Positions 32,514 to 42,009 of a stretch of DNA of 45,391 nucleotides are shown in pieces. The stretch is from a virus: the IMG/VR virus record IMGVR_UViG_3300029251_000026, one strand, 5' to 3'. Position 1 is the first letter of the stretch. Every line of letters starts with the position of its first letter. The translations under genes and the position numbers were made by a program. The notes under the pieces are model-generated. The model was not told the DNA's origin, did not search any database, and was given only the letters and a program-made list of their open reading frames with translations.

Positions 32514-34400
32514 ATGGCAACTTACAAGATTCCCGATTCCCCGAAAAGGTACAAAACCGAGTATTCCAAGTTCAAGGGCGTTGACCTGTCGAGCAATCCG
32601 ACACAGGTTGACTCAACACGCGGCGCTTCCGGCACGGTAAACCTGATTTCGGACAGCGGCGGCTTTCCAGAAAAGCGCAAGGGATGGCGCGTACTGCTGA
32701 ATGTCGAAAAGCCGGTAAACGGTCTGTATCGCGGCATTATCAAGGGCAAAGAATACTTTCTTGTGCATGGCGGCACACGGCTGTACAAGTGGACGGAAAG
32801 CGCCTTAACAGAGCTGAAAAGCGGACTGACCAACAAGCAGGGCACCTCGTTTACGCTGAACGATAAAATGTACGTGCTGACGGGCGGCGAGTACCTTGTG
32901 TTCGACGGCGAGACCGCCAAGGACGCGACAGCGGACGCTTACGTCCCGACTACCACCATCGCCAACCAGCCGACGGGCGGCGGCACGAGCTTTGAGGATG
33001 TAAATCTTCTGAGCGACAAGCGCAAGAACGAGTTCTGCGCGGACGGCTCGGCTACCGTGTATCAGCTCGATACCACGGACGTACAGAGCATTTCAGAGGT
33101 CAAGGTGGATGGTGCGGTCTGGGACGCGAGCCGCTACAGCCTGAACGGGAGTAAGGGACAGGTGACGTTTACCTCAGCGCCTCCAAAACCGGCTATCACG
33201 GGCAAGGACAACGTGACGATCACATTTGTAAAGCACGTGGACGGTTACGCGGACAAAATCAAAAAGTGCACCATCGCGGCAATCTACGGCGGCAAGTCGC
33301 AGGACAGGGTGTTCCTTGCAGGCAACCCGGACGAGCAGGACAAGGACTGGCGGTGTGAAAGCAACAATCCTCTGTATTTTTCCGACCTCTCCTATACCAA
33401 GGTGGGCGCGGACGGCGCGGCAATCGTCGGCTATACGGCAATCTCGGACAGTCAGGCAATCGTCAAGTCGGATGACCGCTCGGAGACCACGATCTATTTC
33501 CGAGGGTATAACATCGACAGCACGACGAACAAGGTACAGTTTCCGGTACGCAGAGCCGCATCCGGTGCCGGCGCAGTGGCAAAGCACGCATTCGCGTATC
33601 TGCCGGAAGAACCGGTATTCCTCTCTCGAACCGGAGTGTTCGCGCTGACGAGCAGCAATATCACGGCCTTGCAGGTGGCAAGAAACCGCTCCTACTACGT
33701 GGACGCGGCGCTGACCAAGGAAACACATCTGGAAAACGCCTGCGCGGTAGTCTGGAACGGCTACTATGTGTTGTCTGTGAACAACCATGCCTACGTACTC
33801 GACACCAACCAGAATGTAGCGTACAAGCCGCAGTCCTACGGCGATTACGTTTACGAGTGCTACTACTGGGACAACTTCCCGGCGGTGCGCATGATGGAAA
33901 GCAGGGGAAGCCTGTATTTCGGAACGAGCGACGGCAAAATCTGCAAGCTGAACACGGACATTGACGCCATGCAGGCGTATTCGGACGGCGGCACGCTCGG
34001 TGAGGATGGCAGAATTATCGGCGGTACGGCAATCTCCGCAGAGTGGCACACCAAGGCGGACGATGACGGCGATTTCATGACGTACAAGACCATGGTAAAG
34101 CGCGGCAGCGGCGTTATGATGAAGCCTTATACCCGTTCCTCGGTCAAGGTGTTCGCGCGGACGGAACGCGACTTCGGACGGCAGATACGCGAGGGTATCG
34201 CGGATATTTTCAACTGGGAAGATATTGATTTCAGCCGCTTCACGTTCAACACGAACGACGCGCCGCAGGTGCTTCCGTTCAACAGCAAGGTCAAGAAGTA
34301 CAAGACTCTGCAACTTATCATGCAGAACAACGCACTGAACGAGGCGTTCGGCGTGTTCGGCATTATCAAGAGATACACCATCGGAACTATGGTGAGGTGA
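32514..34400 (+). CDS. Putative tail (nozzle/tubular-type) structural protein
   Basis: 628 aa, beta-rich, between the adaptor and fibre genes. Confidence 0.45.
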   Translation: MATYKIPDSPKRYKTEYSKFKGVDLSSNPTQVDSTRGASGTVNLISDSGGFPEKRKGWRVLLNVEKPVNGLYRGIIKGKEYFLVHGGTRLYKWTESALTELKSGLTNKQGTSFTLNDKMYVLTGGEYLVFDGETAKDATADAYVPTTTIANQPTGGGTSFEDVNLLSDKRKNEFCADGSATVYQLDTTDVQSISEVKVDGAVWDASRYSLNGSKGQVTFTSAPPKPAITGKDNVTITFVKHVDGYADKIKKCTIAAIYGGKSQDRVFLAGNPDEQDKDWRCESNNPLYFSDLSYTKVGADGAAIVGYTAISDSQAIVKSDDRSETTIYFRGYNIDSTTNKVQFPVRRAASGAGAVAKHAFAYLPEEPVFLSRTGVFALTSSNITALQVARNRSYYVDAALTKETHLENACAVVWNGYYVLSVNNHAYVLDTNQNVAYKPQSYGDYVYECYYWDNFPAVRMMESRGSLYFGTSDGKICKLNTDIDAMQAYSDGGTLGEDGRIIGGTAISAEWHTKADDDGDFMTYKTMVKRGSGVMMKPYTRSSVKVFARTERDFGRQIREGIADIFNWEDIDFSRFTFNTNDAPQVLPFNSKVKKYKTLQLIMQNNALNEAFGVFGIIKRYTIGTMVR

Positions 34401-34404
34401 TGAA

Positions 34405-36462
34405 ATGGCAATCGAAAAGATTTCAGACAGCGAGGTAAACTCGAACGGCGTTGTTTCTGCGCCTGATACACTGCGAGGCAGTACGGCGGAGAACAAGGCA
34501 ATGTTCGATAAGTTCCCGAGGCTGATTACCGCGAAAACAAATGAACTGGTAGACGAAACCAACCGCCTGACGATGGAGGACGGGAAGGCAGTGAAAAGCC
34601 CGGACGGCACGGTGAAAAACGTGCGGCTGAATGCGGACAACGTAATCGAAACCTCGCAGGACGGCACAAGCTGGCAGGCAACAGGTTCGAGCGGTCACGT
34701 TATCCTCGACGCAGGCGGCAATGTGCTGCCGCAGAGGGGCAGGATGCAGTTCGCCGAGGGCTCAGCAGAGGACAAGGACGGCGTAACCGTCGTTCACGGC
34801 ATCGTTGGCCCTCAGGGCGAAAAGGGCAACAAGGGAGACCAGGGTGAAAGGGGCGAGCAGGGCCTCAGAGGTGAACGCGGTCCGCAGGGCGAGATTGGCC
34901 CGAGAGGTCCGCAGGGCATTCAGGGTGAACAGGGCGCACAGGGCATTCGCGGTGCACAGGGCGCACAGGGTCCGCAGGGCGCACAGGGCGAAAAGGGCGC
35001 AGATGGCAAGGACGGCAAGGCGTTATACATCGAGGACGTTTACAGCACCCTCGCCGCACTGCGAAACGCTATTCCGAACGGCAACGACAAGATGTATCAG
35101 GTCGAGGAGAACCGCGAGTGCTACATCTGGAGCGAAAACTCGCTTGACTGGGTGAGCGTCGGCAAGGTGGAAGGTCCAGTGGGTCCGCAGGGCGTGCAGG
35201 GCATTCAGGGCCCCACGGGACCGCAGGGCATTCAGGGCGTGCAGGGCATTCAGGGCGTTCCCGGCAATGACGGCAAAGATGCGTATGAGGCGGCACTCGA
35301 CGGCGGCTATCAGGGCACGGAAACGCAGTTTAATGCGGCGCTTGCACAGATGAATGGCTTCGCGCTTGCAGAGGAGGTTGTCCCCAAGACCCGCAAGATC
35401 AACGACCTTGACCTCTCTGCTGACCGCACGCTGACGGGCGAGAACATCGCGGTCTCCACCGCGGACTCCACTCCGATTTCTGGTGCGGTAAAATACCGCA
35501 CAAACCCGAACCTGCTTGACAACTGGTTCTTCGGGAGACCGGTGAACCAGAGAGGCGGGTACTATTTACCGCAGGGCGCGATAATTTACAGTGACAGCTC
35601 ACTGTCGGAAAGCAACAAAATTGGTCCTGCGGCTTACGCCTGCATGGCTGTCGAGAAAACAAGCACTTATGTCAAAGTGCAGGACGCAAAAGCATCCAGT
35701 TCCTATTACTATGCAGCAGTAAACGCCGCCATCCCCGGCTACTGCGGGGATAGGTATACGGTGGATAGGTGGCATCTCACCTCAGACGGCGTTTTGACTG
35801 TTGAAGATGAGGGCATTCGTTTGACGTCCGGAGCGCTCTTCGAACCTTTTGAATATGAACTTTCCTCGCTCTTGAAGGGAAAAACAGTTACTTATTCTTT
35901 CTTTTTTGCAGACAACACGTTAGTCACCAAAAGTGCTGTAATTCCGTCTACATGGGGAAATTGGGACGGTTTAATTGAGATTGGCGATATACAGCTCATA
36001 GGACTAGAAAGCGGCAAGAGAATTTGGGCGCGATATTCGAGCACGACTACGGCTATCGCTGCCAAGCTCGAGCTTGGCTCCACCCAAACCCTTGCACACA
36101 AGGAAGGTGACAAGTGGGTTCTGAACGAAATCCCTGATTTCGGGGAGCAGCTGAGGAGATGTCAAATGTATTATCTCGGCGATACTCAGAGGGACGGATA
36201 TGGAAAATCTACAAGTAACAACGAAATATACGTTGTTGTTCCGTCGCCTGCAACGATGCGTGCTAAACCTGTAATCGCATCATCTTCAAAATGGGGAAAC
36301 CTTATTTCTGGCGATGGAGAAATAACTGGCATTTCTTCGATTGAGGTTGCTGCGTTAATGGACAATTTAGTGATTCTGAGGGTTGTAACCAACCCAACTA
36401 TTAGCACAAACAAGGCGTTTATAATGTCTGATACCCGATTCGCCCTTTCCGCCGACCTATAA
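34405..36462 (+). CDS. Collagen-repeat tail fibre / receptor-binding protein
   Basis: 24 G-X-Y triplets at 34807-35022 and 12 at 35173-35280. Non-repetitive C-terminal domain. Confidence 0.8.
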   Translation: MAIEKISDSEVNSNGVVSAPDTLRGSTAENKAMFDKFPRLITAKTNELVDETNRLTMEDGKAVKSPDGTVKNVRLNADNVIETSQDGTSWQATGSSGHVILDAGGNVLPQRGRMQFAEGSAEDKDGVTVVHGIVGPQGEKGNKGDQGERGEQGLRGERGPQGEIGPRGPQGIQGEQGAQGIRGAQGAQGPQGAQGEKGADGKDGKALYIEDVYSTLAALRNAIPNGNDKMYQVEENRECYIWSENSLDWVSVGKVEGPVGPQGVQGIQGPTGPQGIQGVQGIQGVPGNDGKDAYEAALDGGYQGTETQFNAALAQMNGFALAEEVVPKTRKINDLDLSADRTLTGENIAVSTADSTPISGAVKYRTNPNLLDNWFFGRPVNQRGGYYLPQGAIIYSDSSLSESNKIGPAAYACMAVEKTSTYVKVQDAKASSSYYYAAVNAAIPGYCGDRYTVDRWHLTSDGVLTVEDEGIRLTSGALFEPFEYELSSLLKGKTVTYSFFFADNTLVTKSAVIPSTWGNWDGLIEIGDIQLIGLESGKRIWARYSSTTTAIAAKLELGSTQTLAHKEGDKWVLNEIPDFGEQLRRCQMYYLGDTQRDGYGKSTSNNEIYVVVPSPATMRAKPVIASSSKWGNLISGDGEITGISSIEVAALMDNLVILRVVTNPTISTNKAFIMSDTRFALSADL

Positions 36463-36476
36463 GGAGGTGACACACC

Positions 36477-36833
36477 ATGCAAACCCCAAAATCCCGTGTA
36501 TACGTCCAGACAGACAGTGAAAGCCGTGTTTTGCGGCTCGAAGGAGAGTATTCCCTCCCGGCAGATCTTACCGGATGGACGAAAATCGATGAAGGCTATG
36601 GCGATAGATTTTCGCTCGCGCAGAGCCATTATCTCGATAAGCCGCTCTACGACGGCGCGATTCTGCGTTATAAGCTCGTAGATGGCAAGGTGGTCGAACG
36701 CACTGCCGAGGAAATCGAGGCGGACAAGGCGGCGTTACCTAAACCCGAGCCAACCGCAGAGGACGACACAAACGCTATGATGGTAGACCACGAATACAGG
36801 TTAACCCTGCTTGAACTGGGTCTCAACGAATGA
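36477..36833 (+). CDS. XkdW-like protein (fibre-associated)
   Basis: 118 aa. The C-terminal DHEYRLTLLELGL and the position before an XkdX-like gene match the PBSX xkdW-xkdX arrangement. Confidence 0.45.
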   Translation: MQTPKSRVYVQTDSESRVLRLEGEYSLPADLTGWTKIDEGYGDRFSLAQSHYLDKPLYDGAILRYKLVDGKVVERTAEEIEADKAALPKPEPTAEDDTNAMMVDHEYRLTLLELGLNE

Positions 36834-36847
36834 AAGGAGCAAACACA

Positions 36848-36991
36848 ATGTTATTTCGTACTTTGAAGCGCATGATCGAGAAGAACCATACCGACGGCCT
36901 TGCAGACAAGATCGACATCTTTTTTGCAGCAGGCAAGCTCACCGAAAGCGAGTACAACACGCTGACCGAAATGCTCAAGCAGGAGGCGTAA
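36848..36991 (+). CDS. XkdX-like small protein
   Basis: 47 aa. ...IDIFFAAGKLTESEYNTLTEML is the typical XkdX-family C-terminus. Confidence 0.55.
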   Translation: MLFRTLKRMIEKNHTDGLADKIDIFFAAGKLTESEYNTLTEMLKQEA

Positions 36992-36992
36992 C

Positions 36993-37169
36993 ATGAAGGG
37001 CGCAGAAAACACCGCTGCACCGAACATGATCGTCGATGAGTTTTTTCCGAAGGACATCAGACAGCGTGAGGACTTTGCAGAAATCCGCGAGGCGGTGCGC
37101 AAATACAGGATTACGGAGCTGTATCTCACGCAGAAGTACAACAGAAAGCAGGTGGGGTATGTCGGCTGA
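36993..37169 (+). CDS. Hypothetical protein (58 aa)
   Basis: The ATG directly follows the upstream stop. Overlaps the next gene by 11 nt. Confidence 0.35.
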   Translation: MKGAENTAAPNMIVDEFFPKDIRQREDFAEIREAVRKYRITELYLTQKYNRKQVGYVG

Positions 37170-37419
37170 AGTTTTTACAGCGGCGATCAGTCTGATTGGT
37201 ACACTCGTGGGAACGCTCGGCGGCATTGCGCTGTCGAGCAAGCTCACGAACTACCGCATTGAGCAGTTGGAGAAGAAGGTGGAGAAGCACAACAACCTCA
37301 TCAGCCGGACATATGAACTCGAAAAGGAGTTCAGCGTACTGGATGAGCGCGTTAGAGTTGCCAACCACCGCATTGAAGATTTGGAAAAGGAGGATATGGA
37401 GCATGAACATGAACATTAA
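37159..37419 (+). CDS. Holin-associated membrane/coiled-coil protein (XhlA-like role)
   Basis: 86 aa with an N-terminal TM (FTAAISLIGTLVGTLGGIAL) followed by a coiled coil. Precedes the holin. Confidence 0.45.
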   Translation: MSAEVFTAAISLIGTLVGTLGGIALSSKLTNYRIEQLEKKVEKHNNLISRTYELEKEFSVLDERVRVANHRIEDLEKEDMEHEHEH

Positions 37420-37672
37420 AGTGCGCGTAAAGAACCCTTGGTTCTGGGTGGGCGTTGTAAGCGTTGCCATTACCGCGATCGGTGTTGACCCGCAGACGTT
37501 TACGAGTTGGGCGGCTGTGTGGGACGGCATTGTTTCGGTGCTGTCTAATCCGGTGCAGCTTTGCACCATGTGCCTTGCGGTGCTGGCGGTGTTCATCGAC
37601 CCGACGACGGCGGGCGTGACGGACAGCGCGGCGGCGCTGACTTATGTGAAACCGAAAAAGGAGGATAAATAA
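37403..37672 (+). CDS. Holin (phi LC3 / LL-H-like)
   Basis: 89 aa. MNMNIKVRVKNPWFWVGVVSVAITAIG... plus a second TM and the DPTTAGVTDS motif. Confidence 0.75.
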   Translation: MNMNIKVRVKNPWFWVGVVSVAITAIGVDPQTFTSWAAVWDGIVSVLSNPVQLCTMCLAVLAVFIDPTTAGVTDSAAALTYVKPKKEDK

Positions 37673-37673
37673 A

Positions 37674-37997
37674 GTGAAGAAAGCTATGTTATCTCAGCCG
37701 ATGGCCGGCAAGACGGATGAAGAAATTGTTGCAACGCGTGAACGTGCTATCAAAGCACTGACAGAACGCGGCTTTGAGATTATCAACACCCTGTTTACGG
37801 ACGAGTGGTACAGCAAAGAGAGCATGGCGGAGCGCGGTGTAGTGCAAATCCCGCTGTGTTTCCTTGCAAAGTCACTCGAAAACATGAGCCTGTGCCACGC
37901 TGCGTACTTCTGCAAAGGGTGGGAGAACGCACGCGGCTGCAAACTGGAACACGAGGCAGCAAAAGCCTACGGTATCGAGATTATTTACGAGGAGTGA
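37674..37997 (+). CDS. DUF4406-like (nucleoside deoxyribosyltransferase-fold) protein
   Basis: GTG start. LSQPMAGKTDEEI...CHAAYFCKGWENARGCKLEHEAAKAYGIEI. Confidence 0.5.
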   Translation: MKKAMLSQPMAGKTDEEIVATRERAIKALTERGFEIINTLFTDEWYSKESMAERGVVQIPLCFLAKSLENMSLCHAAYFCKGWENARGCKLEHEAAKAYGIEIIYEE

Positions 37998-38002
37998 TTG
38001 GA

Positions 38003-38740
38003 TTGAAAATCACTTTTAAAGGCTGCAACCCGAGCAACTATCAGAAGGGACGTTCGTTCCCGATCAACTGGATTTGCTTACACTTTACGTCCAACAACGG
38101 CGATACGGCACAGAACAATGCAGACTTTTTTGCAAGAGAAAGCGGACTGCGTGCCAGTGCACACTACTTTGTAGACCCGAACGGCGTTGTGCAGAGCGTA
38201 AAGGACAGCGACACGGCATGGCATTGCGGCAGGGAGCGCGGCGGCAGTTACTACAACGACTGCCGGAACGCTAATTCTATTGGAATTGAAATGTGCAGCG
38301 TCATCCGTAATGGCGTGTACGTTATCCCGGAAGAGACCATGAAGCGTGCAGCAAAGCTGACACGGGAGCTGATGGCAAAGTACCATATTCCGGTATCGCG
38401 CGTGTGCCGTCACTATGATGTGACGAGGAAAAATTGTCCCGAACCGTGGGTACGCAATCCACAGTTGTGGCAGAAATTCAAAACCATGCTGACAGAGAAA
38501 GAGGTTGAAGATATGACGGAAGCACAGACCCGCGCAATCGCAAAGCAGGAGATCAGCAAAGCGGAAAGCGCAAAGAAAGTATACAACAGCGTTGCCGAAT
38601 GCCCGGCGTGGGCGAAAGACACCGTGCAGAAGCTGGTGAACAAGGGCTTTTTGCGGGGCGACGATAAGGGCAAGCTAGCACTGAGCACTGACCTGCTGCG
38701 CCTGCTGGTTATCAACGACAGAGCACATTTGTACGACTAA
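38003..38740 (+). CDS. Endolysin: N-acetylmuramoyl-L-alanine amidase (Amidase_2) with C-terminal wall-binding-like domain
   Basis: TTG start 8 nt after gaggag. ICLHFTSNNG...ASAHYFVD...DTAWHCG...NSIGIEMC. The C-terminal PAWAKDTVQKLVNKGFLRGDDKGKL is SLH-like. Confidence 0.85.
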   Translation: MKITFKGCNPSNYQKGRSFPINWICLHFTSNNGDTAQNNADFFARESGLRASAHYFVDPNGVVQSVKDSDTAWHCGRERGGSYYNDCRNANSIGIEMCSVIRNGVYVIPEETMKRAAKLTRELMAKYHIPVSRVCRHYDVTRKNCPEPWVRNPQLWQKFKTMLTEKEVEDMTEAQTRAIAKQEISKAESAKKVYNSVAECPAWAKDTVQKLVNKGFLRGDDKGKLALSTDLLRLLVINDRAHLYD

Positions 38741-38794
38741 GAGAAAAAACGAGGGGAAAGATATGCGGTGACACCATAACAAGGGGATAACCGC

Positions 38795-38995
38795 ATGAAA
38801 TTAACGGAGTTTACAAGACCGGAGGTGGAATACCTCCGGCAGGAATGCAACTTTACAGACGAGGAACGCGCCGTGTTCGACATGAGGACATCGGCGCGTT
38901 CTATCGTTGAGATTGGACTTACACTGCATATGAGCGAAAGCACCGTGTACCGCAAGCTAAACTGCATCAAACGTAAAATATTGCGAGTTTTATGA
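38795..38995 (+). CDS. Sigma-70 region-4 / LuxR-type HTH small regulator
   Basis: 66 aa. FTDEERAVFDMRTSARSIVEIGLTLHMSESTVYRKLNCIKRKI. Confidence 0.6.
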   Translation: MKLTEFTRPEVEYLRQECNFTDEERAVFDMRTSARSIVEIGLTLHMSESTVYRKLNCIKRKILRVL

Positions 38996-39048
38996 CAGGT
39001 TCGGGACGGCGAAAAGCCTTATACTGAAAGTATAAGGAGTGAACGCCT

Positions 39049-39219
39049 ATGAGTTACGAACAACGTCTTGAGTTGCTGGGCTACGACCCTGTTTGCGCTC
39101 GGCGCGTTGCAGAGGACTACCGCGAAGCAGGCAACACGGAGTATCTGGAGGAATATCTTGCATACAAAGAGGCTGCGCGCAAGTCCATCAGTGAACACGT
39201 TACGGAGGTGCTGGGCTAA
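39049..39219 (+). CDS. Hypothetical protein (56 aa)
   Basis: RBS taaggag. TAATG-coupled to the next gene. Confidence 0.4.
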   Translation: MSYEQRLELLGYDPVCARRVAEDYREAGNTEYLEEYLAYKEAARKSISEHVTEVLG

Positions 39220-39608
39220 TGGCATATGGAGCACCTTACGGATACGGCGGTTATACGCCGCAGTATCCGTCGCAGCAGTACCCGCAGCAGCAGGTTCAGC
39301 AACCCGTACAGTCGCCGCAGCACCTTGTCAGGCCTGTTGCAAGCGTGGAAGAAGCGCGTGCCGTACAGACCGATTTCACGGGCGCATTGACTATTATGCC
39401 GGACACGGCACACGGCGCGATCTACACCAAACAATTAAACCTGCAAACCGGCTGCGCGGACTTTGCTTTGTACCGCAGAGTGCAGGAGCCGGAAATAAAT
39501 AAACCCTTGGAAACGGAAAAGTTCGTTCCGAGAAGTGAGTTTGACGAGCTGAAAGCACGGTTTAACACGCTCTGCGACCAGTTGGGAGGGACGAAGCATG
39601 ATGAATAA
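39219..39608 (+). CDS. Hypothetical protein with Tyr/Gln/Pro-rich N-terminus
   Basis: 129 aa. MAYGAPYGYGGYTPQYPSQQYPQQQVQQPVQSPQ... Confidence 0.5.
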   Translation: MAYGAPYGYGGYTPQYPSQQYPQQQVQQPVQSPQHLVRPVASVEEARAVQTDFTGALTIMPDTAHGAIYTKQLNLQTGCADFALYRRVQEPEINKPLETEKFVPRSEFDELKARFNTLCDQLGGTKHDE

Positions 39609-39825
39609 CCCGATGATGCAGGTTTTGCAGCTGATGCAGCACGGCGGAAACCCGACGGCGCTTTTGCAGCAGATGACGGGCAATAATCCGATTGTCGGTC
39701 AGCTGATGCAGAGTATGCAGGGCAAGAGTCCGGACGCGCTGCGGCAGATGGCGATGAACATTGCCAAAGAGCGGGGAATCGACCTCGACCAGTTTGCACA
39801 GCAGTTCGGCATGAAGATCAAGTAA
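39598..39825 (+). CDS. Hypothetical Met/Gln-rich protein
   Basis: 75 aa. Overlaps the upstream gene by 11 nt. Confidence 0.5.
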   Translation: MMNNPMMQVLQLMQHGGNPTALLQQMTGNNPIVGQLMQSMQGKSPDALRQMAMNIAKERGIDLDQFAQQFGMKIK

Positions 39826-39966
39826 ATACGAAACTGTAAAAAAACAGACGATTTTTTACGGTTCCCTTTTCAGTTACGGAATCTTGAAGAAAAATCCGGC
39901 ATGAATTTGTCATGTTCGGAATACGCGCGGTTCCGTTCAAATATATACTGAAAAGGAGATTTTCAA

Positions 39967-40764
39967 ATGGATAACGATTTTGCAACCGGCTACGCTCTCG
40001 GTTCTGACAACAACGGCGGCGGCAATGACGGTATGTGGGGCGGCAACGGTTCCTGGATTTTCGCTTTCCTCATCATTGCACTGATTTTCGGCGGCAACGG
40101 CTGGGGCTGGGGCAACAACGGCGGCAACGGTGCAGGCTATCAGGGCGCGGTTACTCGCTCTGACCTGTGCAGCGAGTTCAATTTCAACAACCTTTCCCGT
40201 TCCGTTCTCGGCATTCAGGACGGATTGTGCAACGGCTTTTACAGCATGAACAACGGTATGCTGACCGGCTTCAATACGCTCGGCAGCGCGGTTTCTAACG
40301 GCTTCCACGGCGTGGACAATTCGGTTTGCCAGCTCGGCTATCAGAACGCCCAGCTTATCAACGGCGTAAACACCAACATGAACAACGGCTTTAACGGCGT
40401 GACCGCGGGCCTGACCGCACTGGGTACGCAGATGGCAAGCTGCTGCTGCGACACGCAGCGTCAGATCGAGCGCGGTTTCTGCGAGACCAACTACAACGCG
40501 GCTACCAATGCGCGTGACATTATCCAGACTGCGCACAACGACACCGACCGCATTATTGCACGCCTTGACCAGATGGAGAACACCCGTCAGGCGGAGAAGA
40601 TCGCGGCGCTTCAGAACGAGAACCAGACCTTGAAGTTCGCGGCTTCTCAGGAGGCGCAGAACAACTACCTTGTAAACGCTCTGCGTCCGGCTCCGGTACC
40701 GGCGTTCCCGGTTCCGGCACCTTACCAGTTTTCCGGCTGCGGCTGCAACACCTGCGGCTGCTGA
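39967..40764 (+). CDS. Gly/Asn-rich membrane-anchored protein with Cys-rich C-terminus, function unknown
   Basis: RBS aaaaggag. One TM (WIFAFLIIALIF), GNG repeats, a CCC triplet, a coiled coil, and the C-terminal FSGCGCNTCGC. Confidence 0.6.
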   Translation: MDNDFATGYALGSDNNGGGNDGMWGGNGSWIFAFLIIALIFGGNGWGWGNNGGNGAGYQGAVTRSDLCSEFNFNNLSRSVLGIQDGLCNGFYSMNNGMLTGFNTLGSAVSNGFHGVDNSVCQLGYQNAQLINGVNTNMNNGFNGVTAGLTALGTQMASCCCDTQRQIERGFCETNYNAATNARDIIQTAHNDTDRIIARLDQMENTRQAEKIAALQNENQTLKFAASQEAQNNYLVNALRPAPVPAFPVPAPYQFSGCGCNTCGC

Positions 40765-40820
40765 GATACGATATTCAGGAGGGGGAGCAATCCCCCTGCC
40801 TTTGACAGGAGGGAATAGTT

Positions 40821-41207
40821 ATGGCTTGCAAGCCTGTACAAAAACTGTGTCCGAACCTGCGTATCTCACAGGCGGTCACTTACACAAGCGGCGTGCTGAC
40901 GGTGAACATTCCGGCGGGGGACTACCAGAACGGCTGCGTTTACGGAATAGTAATCGCGCAAAACATTCCGTCAACAACGATCATCGGCGCGCCGGTGGTA
41001 ATCACCATCGGGGACGGAACGGTAACGTATCCGCTGCTGAAATGCAACGGTGCTCAGGCGACAGTGTTTAATCTGGATACCCGCCACAAGTACCTTTGCC
41101 GGGTGGTCACTTCGGCAAACGGAGGCAGTTTCCGTATGCTCGGTAATTCCTGCTGCTCTCACTCTAACGCGCTGCGGTCCATCAACGGAACTGCACCGAC
41201 AACGTAA
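40821..41207 (+). CDS. Cys-containing beta-rich small protein, function unknown
   Basis: 128 aa. RBS ggaggga. Confidence 0.5.
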   Translation: MACKPVQKLCPNLRISQAVTYTSGVLTVNIPAGDYQNGCVYGIVIAQNIPSTTIIGAPVVITIGDGTVTYPLLKCNGAQATVFNLDTRHKYLCRVVTSANGGSFRMLGNSCCSHSNALRSINGTAPTT

Positions 41208-41219
41208 GGGGGTGACGGC

Positions 41220-41954
41220 ATGAAAAGAGGTACTATGATGCTGCTGATGCAGCGAAACCGCAGAAGCGACTTTACACCGGAGGAATGGAGAAACCGCAAG
41301 GCGTATCCGGAAAGCCGTGATCATTACGGCGTGCGTTATGAAATGCCGCGTAACCGTTATATCGAGCCTTACGGTTATGATGAGCCGCAGAGCTACTACG
41401 ACGAACGATTCCACGGCGGCAGAGAACCGGAGATGCGCGGTTATACGCGCTATTCCAACGGCAGATTTGCCCCGCACAGCAGCGCGGAATATCCCGAGTA
41501 TGACGAGATGCCGACATACCATGAAGAGGGTATGCGCCCGATTGGGTTTCGTGATGAACCTATGCGTATGGGGGATACTTCGTATGTAGGGGACAAGACA
41601 CACGGCAGCGACAAACAGCTCGGCTATGCACGCGGCAGCGGCGCGAAGCTCAACCGTGAAATGGCGGAACGCTGGGTGCGCGGCATGAAGAACGCCGACG
41701 GCTCGACCGGCGCACACTGGACACTGGACCAGACCACGGAATTGATGCAGCGGCGCGGAATAAACTGCAATCCGGTGAAATTCTGGGTTGCGATGAACGC
41801 AGTGTACAGCGACCTCAGCGAGGTTGCAGAGCGCCACGGCGTAGGCAATGATGAATTTTACGCGGACATGGCAAAGTCGTTTTGGCTGTGTGACAAGGAT
41901 GCAGTGGAAGACAAACTGGCGGCATACTACGAGAATGTTGTAAAACACAACTAA
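41220..41954 (+). CDS. Hypothetical protein (Tyr/Arg/Glu-rich N-terminal half, conserved-looking C-terminal domain)
   Basis: RBS aaggggg. The C-terminal half carries MKNADGSTGAHWTLDQT...FWVAMNAVYSD. Confidence 0.55.
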   Translation: MKRGTMMLLMQRNRRSDFTPEEWRNRKAYPESRDHYGVRYEMPRNRYIEPYGYDEPQSYYDERFHGGREPEMRGYTRYSNGRFAPHSSAEYPEYDEMPTYHEEGMRPIGFRDEPMRMGDTSYVGDKTHGSDKQLGYARGSGAKLNREMAERWVRGMKNADGSTGAHWTLDQTTELMQRRGINCNPVKFWVAMNAVYSDLSEVAERHGVGNDEFYADMAKSFWLCDKDAVEDKLAAYYENVVKHN

Positions 41955-41959
41955 ACACA

Positions 41960-41990
41960 AAAAGCAGGTGGAAACACCTGCTTTTATTTT
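41960..41990 (+). terminator. Rho-independent terminator
   Basis: aaaagcaggtg-gaaa-cacctgctttt followed by atttt. Confidence 0.75.
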
Positions 41991-42009
41991 ACGAAAAGGA
42001 GAGAAGTAT

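Noticed and set aside
38768-38800. A hairpin, atgcggt...accgcat, that pairs across the start codon of the sigma-r4-like gene.
   Set aside because: It is only 7 bp and has no supporting conservation available. It could be fortuitous.
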